From positions 62,001 to 126,000 of the forward strand of contig CAJNYD010000023.1 of the NCBI GenBank assembly GCA_905331295.1: a DNA stretch of 64,000 bases. The letters are read 5' to 3'. Positions 1 through 10,820 of this stretch are shown one piece after another (the stretch's first letter is position 1; every line of letters begins with the position of its first letter). The notes under the pieces were generated by a model. The model did no database searches, was not told where the DNA came from, and saw nothing but the letters and a program-made list of their open reading frames with translations. Position numbers and translations under genes: made by a program. This DNA comes from Rotaria socialis. Its lineage: Eukaryota.

Positions 1-174
1 CCTGTCTCTCTTCTATCTCTCTCCTATATATACGTGTGTTATGTATAAAGATGTTACACTCTGGATATGTGAAGAAGCGAATAAACACCATTGCCTAGAG
101 TAGCGCTAAGCTACTCCACCTCTATCCAGTTTATCTTAATATATCGACCAGCAAGGGCCATATTTCTCGTTACA
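1..174 (+). mobile_element. LTR-like fragment (3' part), cut by window start
   Basis: CT-rich tract, TATATA, AATAAA and a terminal CGTTACA. Alignable by eye to 4780-4910 (tatata..cgtgtgttatg..acactctggata..gaag..aataaaca.cattgc). No PBS after it. Confidence 0.5.
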
Positions 175-487
175 ACAGTTAAGGGGTCAACTTGTAAGGA
201 AACATCGTCATGTAATGAATTTTATATCTCAATCTCATCAATATCAGTTATTGCTGGAGAAAACATTTAAAATAAAGATATTTCTTCGATTACTATATCG
301 ATTTTTACACGAAAATGCTCAAAAATTGATTATTTAATTGAAATCGACTTTGATTCGAGAAAAACAAAATGCGATATATTTCTTTATTGGTTCTTATATC
401 TGTTTAACGCTTCCATATATTTGCTTTTTTTCTCTTTGAAATCGCTATATAGGCTCAAAATGTCGCTAATCGTCACATTAACAAAAG

Positions 488-606
488 CAGGAGAAATCAG
501 GATAATTCGTACAAAAAACAGCTCTTGATATCAGGAGATTTTTCGTCAGAGAAAAAGTTCGAAAATCAGGAGATCTCTGGTCAAAACAGGAAATTTGGTA
601 ATCCTG
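488..606. repeat. degenerate DNA-transposon end with (aaat)caggag subrepeats
   Basis: Several caggaga/aaatcagga units ending in ttggtaatcctg (reverse complement of a CAGG-start TIR). Partner end not found. Confidence 0.3.
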
Positions 607-639
607 GTTCATACATGGTTCCTGATAGATATTCTTGAA

Positions 640-1790
640 AATTCATAATCTTTTTCAATGAGTGTTTCTTTTACAAAACTTTCGTCTTTCAATTTGTTTT
701 TATGAATGATTCAAGAATGAATCTAAAAATCTTCCACAAGCTGGTATCGATAGAGTTTTCGAAACTCTACATTGTGGTGTTTGTTTTGTTAAAATTCTAC
801 TCATGGAGTCTAAAATATTTCTGAAATACCGAGTTTTTTAGGTTGCAAGAACGTTTTTTTCATGCGCTTAGTTTTTGGCTTTTCCTCATTTCCAGATTCG
901 TCCTAGAAAAATATGTTTGGTACAAAATTTGAAGTTCAGACACTGCTCTTTCCAACAAGAAAAAACTCAGCTGAATTAGAAGTCTCCAACATGATCTAAC
1001 AGCGTCTGGCATTATTGCAAAGACTTTTGCACAGCATGCTATTTGAGAAAGATATTCTCTATACATATGTCACAAGCATATCATTTAGAAGGTTCACTTT
1101 TCTTCTAGAATATCATTCAGTATAATTAACAGTATTACTTGAGAGAAGATACCAAGATGTATTACATGAAATAGCTTTTCTTTTTCTACATCGTTAATGT
1201 TTATTTTCATGAGTAGCATGATGAGTTCGATCATCCTAAAAAAATTCTCAGGAAGGAGGTTTTTTTTATAGAAATACTTATTTATATTATTGATCAAAAG
1301 ATAATTATAACAAAATAGCTTTTACCACATTCTGCATGAAGAAATATTCCTTTTAAACAAATTGGAGCCATAGAATTTTGAATATGAAGAAGTTTCTTTG
1401 ATGTTTCCATGGAGTAGGATGAAAAGTATGTAAAGATAGAACTTACCCTCGAGCCTTTTTATCAAGAAAATTGATAGGGCTTACATATATTAGATTTCTC
1501 TCTATATTGATCTACTCGGTACATTTTCTGAATATTGAAAACAGCGTTTCTTCTTTGAAGATTAATGACACTCGTTAAGATATATTTATAATCTGTCAAC
1601 AACCTCATTACTTGATATTAACGTAATTGAATCAATGGCTTTTAAAAGATTAAAAATTTCAGGCGGCAACTAAAATTATCAATAATTATATCAGAATAGT
1701 CACAACGCTGCTTAGGAAACTGTTTTGATAATCGCAGCTTATACGAATATAAGATTAATGACTTACGCATTAAGTTTAATTTTACCGATC
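640..1790 (-). pseudogene. decayed coding-like sequence, product unknown
   Basis: Consecutive protein-like stretches on the minus strand (KLRLSKQFPKQRCDYSDIII, LPPEIFNLLKAIDSITLISSNEVVDRL*, ORFs 1094-1297 and 860-1066) broken by stops and frameshifts. GTAAGT donor near 1447. Confidence 0.25.
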
Positions 1791-3977
1791 GATAATTGAA
1801 TCATTTGATGATAGAAGAAAAAGTTCAATAAAAATTTGGTAGTTTTTAATATAATTGCATCAATTCAATGCAATTATGGTAAATCTATTATAATAGTAAT
1901 TCAAAATAAAACTGAATAAAAAGACCTAATCTTTATAAAAAGAAAGAAAGAAAACTTTATCAAAATATATCAGAAATCTGCATCACACGTGTTAAATAAA
2001 AATTAATTAAAAAATATGATACCGAGACAATGAATCAAAGTTATGAACTTGAGAAGCATCTATTCTAAAGACTTTTTTTTGTCAAGATGATCTAATACTA
2101 ATTTTCAGCGAATCTTCAAGTAGTAAATTATCTGTAAACAATTGTTAAATATATTTTTGAACATATTCATGAAGATTCTCTTTCAAAATAGCAATCGTCA
2201 ATTAATAATGCACATTTTAGAATATCATATTCAAGATTTATTCAAACAAAAAATACTGATAATCATTGAATTAGTCTATGAAAAAGTATCGAAAGATAGT
2301 TGCACGACCTGTTCACGTAACCGCCCATCTTTGTAAGCAAAGTTAAACTTCGAAATTGAGTACAAAAAACATCACCGTCTTGTAAAGCATTGTTGATAGC
2401 ACCCAGAAGTGCGTTTTTTTTATCTAGGTAGCTGTATATATTTTAGGGGGAAAATATTGTTAAACACGTATCACTCTCTATCGATGAATATACATATTTA
2501 TCAAGAGTTTTTATTTTGTGTTTTTTCATGCAGACATATATGATATTTTTCAAAGCTGATCACATCTTTTAGAACTATGTTGAGTAGGTTCTTCAACTAT
2601 AAGAAGAGATCCAGGTATTGCTTTTCCTGAAGGAAAATATTTATATTTCAAAAGTAGTCCATTTTTGATTGTGCTTCCGTAACGAAAATATGCTATAACT
2701 CTTTCTTCGCCGAAAGCAAGATACTTATGATTCTACGAATGCGCGCTTTAACGCTGAGTTTTTTCGTTTTATCCACAGAATTAGTTGACTTTTGATAAAA
2801 ATTTCTGGTTCGTTACAGAGAGCGTGACGGCGTCACCTTTGGGTTGAACAAGTACGTTCCCCTAAAAAAATAGGAACATTGTTTTTCTCTTATATTGCAT
2901 CTTACCTATATTTCTTATATAGGTAATGGGATTTTAGAGCCTCACTGTTTAATTCCGAAGTTGGTTTTTGACGGTTTGAAGTTATTGTTATTACTGCAAT
3001 TGAAGATGCCATTTTATGGGTGATATCTGATATGTATCTTATACTTTTGAAATACAGCTTTCGCTTGATTAGAATGATCAACGTAAAGTGACTTTTCTTG
3101 ATTACTTTTTCACGAATAATTAGAGATTCACAGGGCAACATTATTTTTGATCCAGATACAGGCCAAAGTCCCGGCACACTTATTGTGGTTCTGGTTTCTG
3201 TCTGGATGAAGTTTCATTTTTTATTCTGGTCATGTGATTCTAAATAATCTACAGCCTGTGCCTATTTAGAGAGACATGTTGCAGCATTGTTTTCTCACAT
3301 TTTTAATGTTTCTTCAATACTCGTTTTTTTATTTCTTTACTACAACTGCAACTTAAGTCTACTTTACTGTACTCCTCCGCTACTTCACCTGCACTCCGGA
3401 GTACGAAATTCTCACTTTCTTCCTCTTGGTGGTACCACTTCTGCTTTGGCCTGGGTCTGGATCTCGACCATGGTATAGTTAAATTTTTTCGGTCCCTTCC
3501 CCGGTTACAATCCTGATGGCCAGAACCGGCACACATTTTGTACATCTTTATAATTAATGCAAATGTGTTGATTTTCTCGAATTATAGATAAATTTCTTAA
3601 GAAATAGGCACTAAAAAAACATGAACATTTGAAAGAAGTGATTCCATCACGAAGCTTTTCCCACTATTCAAAGGCATACTTTTACGTATTTTCAATTTTC
3701 TTTTTTTCTACAGATAGAATGTCATATGCACCAGAAGTGTGCGGGGCAGAAAATTTTCACTCCCAACGGGTCCCGTTCCGCAAAGCTTACAAACTCGTCC
3801 CGCTGATCTCCGTATATAATTTCTCTGAATCTAGCCATGCCCGCCCGCCCCTGTGAATAAAATCTTCACGGGTTACCTGCACTCCCCACCCATGTGTGAC
3901 CTGAAGAAATATTTGATATTTAAAACTTAATTTATTTTATATAATAATTCTATGATTGACAAAAAAAATCTTGATAT

Positions 3978-4434
3978 CACTGAGAAAAAAATGGTGCCAT
4001 ACCGAATCAAAAGGGTATATTGGACAAAAAAAAGGATTTCGAATTTGTTGCAATTCTCGAAATTCTTTTAGGTTCGTAGATAGAACTAAAAAATATTTCA
4101 GAAAGAGTCCTAGGCCACTCACAAATATTCTGAGACGCTCGAAGTTTTCACGAAACCTTTTTGAGGGCTCGTATTCGTTTCAAAAATGGTTCTGCGCACT
4201 GAAAAAGCCTGTACCATAACCGAACCATTTTTTAACGAAAACGAAACCCTCAAAAAGTTTTCACGAAATCTTCGGTGCCACAGAGTATTTTTTATTACCC
4301 TAGGATTATTTCTGAAGTAGTTTTTAGCTCTCTCTACGAAACTAAAAAGATTTCGAGAATTGTAACAAATTCGAAGCCGTTTTTTTAGTTCAGTAGACCC
4401 TTTTTGGTTGGACATTGTACCATTTTTTTCAGTG
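3978..4434. mobile_element. CACTG-ended foldback MITE
   Basis: Starts cactgagaaaaaaatggt and ends accatttttttcagtg. The whole element is an imperfect palindrome centred near 4205. Confidence 0.75.
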
Positions 4435-4669
4435 ACTGCTTGCGTTGTATTTAAAAATATTTGCATGTTGACCACTAGACGCAGAAATTATTGAAGATAA
4501 ACGAACGACGTTCGATGATAATGTATCATCAAGCGATGCATCCGATAATAAATCGTTTAATTCAATCACTATTAACGATAAAAAGAAACACACCATACAT
4601 ACATAACTCAAACCTGCAGATAATAGGCTAAAACCAATGAACCAATTTTGCCGACATTGATACAGCTGT

Positions 4670-4910
4670 CATTGATCTTTCCTCGCTCTCTCTCTCTCTT
4701 TATCTGATCTCTATTGTTCTCTTCTTTCTTCCTTTCGCTCTCATTCTTATGTGTGTCCATCTACTTTTGTCCCTTCTTCATATATAAGCGTGTGTTATGC
4801 ATGAAGTTGGGACACTCTGGATACATGAAGTAGCTAATAAACATCATTGCCGAGCAGCGAGCCACTGCTCGTCCAGTTTGTCTAACGATTGCGCATCTTT
4901 GATCGTTACA
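4670..4910 (+). mobile_element. LTR-like fragment related to 1-174
   Basis: CT microsatellite, TATATAA, AATAAA, terminal CGTTACA at 4904-4910. 5' boundary approximate. Confidence 0.5.
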
Positions 4911-5421
4911 CCAATCAGTATGTGTTTCATACTGTATACACAGAGTAAAGACATATCTAGACAGATTTTGACAATTTTGTATAGTAACCCGAAAACAAAA
5001 AACATCACCCACCTGCTGATCGAAAAATACCGTACCCCGAAAATCTCGAGTTTATAAAAAAAATTCCTCTCAGCCCGTCACCACGTGACCCGTGGGCCCC
5101 GCTGGTCAAACCCAGTGGACCGTACACCTCTGATATCCACTATAACTATCCTATTGGAAGATTTTCCTTCACAGTTATGGTTGAGCTAAATTTTCCAGTT
5201 CCTCGCATAGGACTCAATCTTGAAGATCTTTTTTGGTGATTCCGTAACGGACCTATATTTTAATCGTAAAATTCTGACGGAAGTTTCTAATCCTATGAAA
5301 CCTTCAGGATATGTAGAGCAATGAAGCTTGAATATAATCTGAAAACTTCAGCTTCATTCAATTTCATTAAGTTGAGATATTCAAAATACAAAATTAAAAA
5401 ACGTGATTCCGTCACGCTTCC

Positions 5422-5886
5422 ACCCAGGTCGTTCATTCCTACAATCGGATCTGAAAATGTGTTGCCTCGGATCTTACATGAAAATCGACAAGAACCAACA
5501 GGTTCCGTCGGATTCCAGGCCGAGATTCGGATCCACGGGTTCGAAATCCGATATATATCCGCTTGTATCCTACTCTGGGATCCGATGCGCCAAAAAGTCT
5601 TCTATACTTAACTTCTAAAAAGCTCTTTTGCACTACCCAGGACAATGATTCCTGAAGTAGTATTCCGTGAATTTCCGGCGAAAACCTGCAAGAAACTCGC
5701 TGTTTCGGACCGGAACGCACCGGGAATTGTCCAGAATTCGATGCAGGAATCCGGAAACCGTATCTGGCTACAGTTTTGACAGGTTCCTGTCGATTCCGGC
5801 CGGAATCGGATAAATCCGGTGACCGATCCTTTCACCGGAATACCACAGAACCGGCCGTTTCCGGGACCGGAATGTTCGACCTGGGT
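5422..5886. mobile_element. MITE with ACCCAGGTCG TIRs (further related end at 6021-6030)
   Basis: acccaggtcgttcattcc ... ggaatgttcgacctgggt (16/18 inverted match). Interior rich in ccgga/ggaat/gatcc subrepeats. Internal acccaggac at ~5635 suggests nesting. Confidence 0.75.
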
Positions 5887-6135
5887 AAATGGAATTTTGA
5901 TATTTTTTAAAATTCTTCCGTCGGATCCGCCAATAGTTCCGAAACTCAGAATCCAACTGGATTTCCTCGGTTAGTAATTAGGATGTTTTAGGATCCGATA
6001 GAATCCGTCGTCGGATTAGTCGACCTGGGCGGATAGGTCGTGCATTGATATTAGACTTTGATTTTATCCGAAGTTACCATATTTTTTAATAACAATATTT
6101 CATATATGTCTACAGAGAATCATGAAAAAACAATT

Positions 6136-6744
6136 TTATGTTATATTTAATTTGTTTTCAATACATAAACTGAATTTATCGATTTTCGTCTTATTAGCAG
6201 TCATTTTTTCATTTGCAATCGATACAATTTGTGTAATATAATTTTGATCAACAGCTAGATTTCCTCCAATCACTAATGGAACTTCAAGTACATGTGTTGA
6301 ACGTATAGCAAGTGTAATTTTTCCTTGATTTGATATGACTAAACCTGAGTTTCTATAGCCACATTCAAGAGCGATATTAAGTAATACTTTTGCACATTCC
6401 AATGTTCGACAAATCACATGTAAAATAAATGCTTCAAATTTAATTGATACCATATCGATTTCTTTTGGTCGTTGTTCTAAACAATTCAATACAAGTTCTA
6501 AATCAGCATGTTCGTGTGTAACATATAACCATTGACAATCACTTTTCGTTGATGATGTTACCGTTGATGATGAAGAAAGCACAAGCGTTCGACCTGAACA
6601 TGATGAACTTGTGTAATAATCATTATGACCATTTATTCGATTAATTACATTAACAATGTAATCATCTATAGAATGTTTACGTGATAAATCTTCTTTATCA
6701 CTTGATAATGCGTCGTGTTTCCATTGATCAAAATGTTTAGACAT
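6136..6744 (-). CDS. TYW3: tRNA wybutosine-synthesizing protein 3 (yW methyltransferase), intronless
   Basis: DLSRKHSID, YYTSSSCSGR, WLYVTH, KFEAFILHV, GYRNSG and AIRSTHVLEVPL motifs of TYW3. Confidence 0.93.
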   Translation of the reverse strand: MSKHFDQWKHDALSSDKEDLSRKHSIDDYIVNVINRINGHNDYYTSSSCSGRTLVLSSSSTVTSSTKSDCQWLYVTHEHADLELVLNCLEQRPKEIDMVSIKFEAFILHVICRTLECAKVLLNIALECGYRNSGLVISNQGKITLAIRSTHVLEVPLVIGGNLAVDQNYITQIVSIANEKMTANKTKIDKFSLCIENKLNIT

Positions 6745-6959
6745 TCTTTTTTCTTTTTAAAACAAATCAAAAATCTACAATTTCTATCTTTTTCATAGAT
6801 TCTCTTTTTATGTTAGAAAAAAAACATCCCATTTAGATTTTTTTCTTTATTATTAGTATACAAATTATACAATTTACAAAATAAAAAAAGATAAACACAC
6901 GATATGCTTGATTTTCGTTTGAGAGTTATTCTATAGTTTTCGTATGACTATTAAGAGTA

Positions 6960-7936
6960 CTATTCAAAAGCAACACCAAGAAGAAAACCACCGATAAACG
7001 AAGATGTTATTGCTAGATTTGCCATTGCAAATTTTTTTAACTAACATAAAAATAAAGATGTATCTATGCATTCATTTACATTAATCTACGTACTGAATCA
7101 GCAATATTTTGTGGTGATTGATCAATAAATGTTTCAATTTCTTCGCCATCTACATTTGTTGTAGTGGTTGGTGGAAGATTTGCTCTTGCTACACGTTGAA
7201 CATTATTTAATTGTTGTTGTGCTGTATCTCGAAGTCGATCAAAATGAATATCAACATAACCAGATTGATTAGCAAGCTAAGTAAGAATAGTGATAAATAA
7301 AAATATTCTTTTGTCACAAATCCTGTTGAATAAAAATATGATACAAAATCCAGCTACGATTGCTTATAATAGAGTGTTTCTTTTAATCTATCTAGTTAAA
7401 AAGAATTCTTTCAGCTTGGTTTTGATCACAACGATTAGAAATAAGTAGTACATATATTAGAGTGCGATGTTATCTGAAATCTGTACAATGAGTGAAAATT
7501 TCCCCCGTATACTTCAACATTCCAGTTAGATCATGTTCTATAAAAAAAACAAGTTGAACAATTATTGCTAAGATAACTTACAGCTAAACCGATAATAGAT
7601 GCGCCGATAGTAAATGCTACCATTTTACTTGCTTTTGCGAAACAATAACCAGCAGCTCTTCAATACAAATAAACAGTAACAATGAATTCATGCAAATTTC
7701 AATCAACTTACATGCCAGAAATACCACCAACAGCAGCTTGCTTAGGTGGGCTTAATTGAGTAATTTCATGAAGCGTGCGTTCGATCATTTGATGAACTGA
7801 TCTATCCGCATCACTATTGCGGATTGGAGTAGCAACTAGAATTTAAAATTAGATATTTTTTATTTTAATTCGAAATCAAACCTATACGAGATGGAATGAT
7901 TGCAGGACTTCGATGATTTCTATCTCTCGATTCCAT
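6960..7936 (-). CDS. FUNDC1: FUN14-domain protein (FUNDC1/2-like mitochondrial outer-membrane protein), 5 exons
   Basis: Spliced translation MESRDRNHRSPAIIPSRI..SPPKQAAVGGISGM/AAGYCFAKASKMVAFTIGASIIGLA/LANQSGYVDIHFDRL.../LKNFAMANLAITSSFIGGFLLGVAFE* matches the FUN14 pattern. Absent from the ORF track because the exons are short. Confidence 0.85.
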
Positions 7937-8139
7937 GACCAAACAAAAAAAAAAGACGAGACAATTGTAAATAAATAAAATCAAATATTAATCTAGAAAA
8001 AACAATTCTTTTCTGTTGTTAAACAAGTCAGTCAAAAAAAATTATTTTAAAAAGATGGGAAGTGAAAATTGGACGGAATTTATTATGATTAAAAGAAATA
8101 TTCATAAAAAAAATGTATATATATAGATACTGAGATTCG

Positions 8140-8643
8140 TCATTGACAAATACCAATTACACCAGCAGCAAATCGAGTAATAGGAATTGTATTTGATCCT
8201 TTATTTTCTTCATTTTCAACTCGTGGTAAATCTTCTTCTTTTTCGTCAATGATTACTACTGATCGACCAATAATAGACGAAGGACCAAATAAAGTTAAGC
8301 GTTTATCAACAACATCAATTTTAGCTTGACCTTCTTGATTGACCTGTAAACTACCAAATTCTTCAGCAACATAAAATGCTTGATCTTTCGATGAACTAGA
8401 AACTTGTTTTTCTGGATTAAAACGAACACCAGTGGATAGAGGGCCATTTGTCAAATCGCCAAATTCATGAACATGAATAGTAAATTTACGATCAATCGGA
8501 AGACCTTGTATATCACCTGTGATTTTCATTTGATTCATACCAATTATTTGAGCAAAATGTACTACACCTTGAACAGTGTTGTTTTCGCCACCTCTAAGAA
8601 CGCATACAGCTCGAACTGTAGCTGTATCTTCTTGACTTGGCAT
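8140..8643 (-). CDS. Cu/Zn SOD-fold protein lacking most metal ligands (pseudo-enzyme / CCS domain II-like), intronless CDS
   Basis: RAVCVLRG, VQGVVHF, HVHEFGDLTNG, RFNP, SIIGRSVVIIDEKEEDL and RFAAGVIG align colinearly with SOD1. Intact 167-aa ORF. Confidence 0.85.
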   Translation of the reverse strand: MPSQEDTATVRAVCVLRGGENNTVQGVVHFAQIIGMNQMKITGDIQGLPIDRKFTIHVHEFGDLTNGPLSTGVRFNPEKQVSSSSKDQAFYVAEEFGSLQVNQEGQAKIDVVDKRLTLFGPSSIIGRSVVIIDEKEEDLPRVENEENKGSNTIPITRFAAGVIGICQ

Positions 8644-9401
8644 TATTTTAATAGATTTTTATATCTAAAAAGAGAATTAAATTTTATTGATAACAAGTTT
8701 GATTTGTATTGTTTTTGACAATAGCAAAATCAGAATAATCAATATAATTACATAGAATGTCGTATAGGGGCATACAATTTAATCGAAGCTCTAATATAAT
8801 CTGCACCTGTCTATCATTTAACTGTCATGCAATATTGTGTTCGTAAACATCGTTTTGTTTTGTTTTATTACTATCAAACGATTATTTTCTTTTGACATCA
8901 TCATTATCAGAATGTTTTCTCCTTGTGTTTACACTTAAATCTAGTCATTTAACAAATAAAAATATGATCAACTTTAAGAAAATATATTCTCTATAGTTTG
9001 TATCCATCCACAAACTTCTTTTTCTTTTCGTCCAAAAAAAACTTCAATAGTTTCTATGATGAAATCCATATTTTACCAACTTTGGCAATAAACATTCTTT
9101 TTTTTTCAATCTAAAATGGCGCAGTATGCGTATCAAGGAAAAAATAAGTGTAGTTTTCAATGATCACGAGAATTTCGACTTCTTCTTTATTAATCAAATG
9201 TCAGAAATAAAAGAAACATATAGGATAACTTTTATCAAAAAGGAAATTAATGCCTTGTTTAAAAATCCCGTCACTACTGATGAAATAGGACGCGGTTTGC
9301 TTGTTTAACGATTTAATGAACGAAATATAATGAAAAATTTGAAGAAGTTCGAAAAAACCACTACACTAATTTTGAACGAAGTAATCGTTTATTTAGGTGA
9401 A

Positions 9402-10152
9402 TTACTTTTTTTCTGCATTAATTGTACCAATAATAGCGCAAGCTAAACGTTTTCCAGCGTTACCAGTTTTTTTCGATTCTTCATCACCACCACGACCCAA
9501 ATCATCAGCTTTTTCGTGAATAACCAAACAACGACCAAGAATTGAATTTCCACCATGAAGTGAAATTACTTTATCTGTTAGATTTAATGTTACCACACCG
9601 TTGGCATCCGATTGAACATTTCCTAAATCACCAACATGTCTAGAAACGAGAAAACCATAGAATTAAACAAATACTATTACAATATATGACAGTTTATTTT
9701 ACCGATCAGCATCATCTGGACCAGCATGTTGTTTTTTATGTGGGTTAAAATGTGGACCAGCTGATGTACATCCCTAAAAATGTAAATATTTAAATACTAC
9801 AAGAAAACTTTAAAAAAGTTTTGTAAAACTGTAAATTTTTGCGTCATGTAATTGCTTCTATCATATACGTATATACCGAAGCTTACTGATAGTTAAAACT
9901 TACATTGCTAACATCACCGAACTCGTGAATATGAAAACCATGTTGTGTATTTTCTCCAAGTCCTTCAATTTTTCCTGTAAGAACAACTGTATCACCGTTT
10001 TGTTCGAATTCAACGATACCAAAAACTGGTTTTTTCGATGATGCAGTTGTTGTACTCGCTGTTTCTCCACTACCACGGCCCCAGTGATCTTTATTACCAG
10101 CGATATGAACTTCATCGCCAATTAATACAGCTTTAGCTCTTAAGGTGCTCAT
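9402..10152 (-). CDS. SOD1: Cu/Zn superoxide dismutase, 3 exons
   Basis: [67 protein letters not shown]. All Cu/Zn ligands, the disulfide cysteines and the catalytic Arg are present. Confidence 0.96.
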
Positions 10153-10222
10153 ATTGAATAATGAATGAAGTTTTAATTAATTTTCTGAAATTGTGAGAGA
10201 AAAGTGACTTCTAAAACGCTTG

Positions 10223-10282
10223 CTTATATAGAGATAAAAAGAGGGTAAAGCCGTAGGCACCCCCGGATGAATGCATGACTCA
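10223..10282 (-). promoter_or_regulatory. SOD1 core promoter: TATA box plus AP-1-type site
   Basis: TATATAAG on the minus strand at 10223-10230, ~70 bp upstream of the ATG. TGACTCA at 10276-10282. Confidence 0.5.
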
Positions 10283-10820
10283 TTCAACTTTTAGAATTGA
10301 TTGGCGATTTCAAGAGACGAATAGAAATTTACGTTAAAATATAAGTAAGTAACATGTAAAATATTATATGAAAGATTTTCTGTAACTGTATTTTTTTCGT
10401 CATACAACAAGTAAATCATATTTGAAATACTATATCATATGTAAATGAAAAATTTACCTTGTGATCAGAAGCCATTGTTTATTATTGGTGATAGAAAAGC
10501 GCACTCTACCCATCTTCTATATCAATGTACATTTGAAAGATAATCAAAATGTTGTTCTTTAGTAAAAAAAACTCTGTTTTCATTGAAAAAAATAGTTACC
10601 CCCTTTCGTTTCAATTATATCGGTATATGCATCTTCCGAAATTTTCTTACATCTTCTTCCCTCTAGAGTTTGCTAGATTTCAAAATTTTTATGTCTGAAT
10701 TCAATTTGTTGAAAGTGTTTCGAACTTTCATGGACCTCTTAATTATCTTTTCCTTTTTCCGCTGTTTTCTCTATATCCACTACTGGAGCATTAATTTTAT
10801 CATGACTTAGATATGATAGT

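Larger units (their letters stand above)
3732..5132. mobile_element. non-autonomous hAT-type DNA transposon carrying nested inserts
   Basis: TIR cagaagtgtgcgg (3732) vs reverse complement of right end cagaggtgtacgg (11/13). 8-bp TSD atatgcac / atatccac (7/8). cccg-rich subterminal repeats at both ends. Confidence 0.7.

Noticed and set aside
1..4910. A single full-length LTR retrotransposon bounded by the two LTR-like copies
   Set aside because: The copies are too diverged, there is no PBS, PPT or gag/pol, and the second copy is nested inside another element.
3937..5956. Short ORFs on both strands
   Set aside because: They fall within palindromic MITEs and the LTR-like piece and have no protein motifs.
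5422..6030. CRISPR-like or satellite array
   Set aside because: The subrepeats are irregular, have no constant repeat-spacer period and are enclosed by TIRs in eukaryotic DNA.
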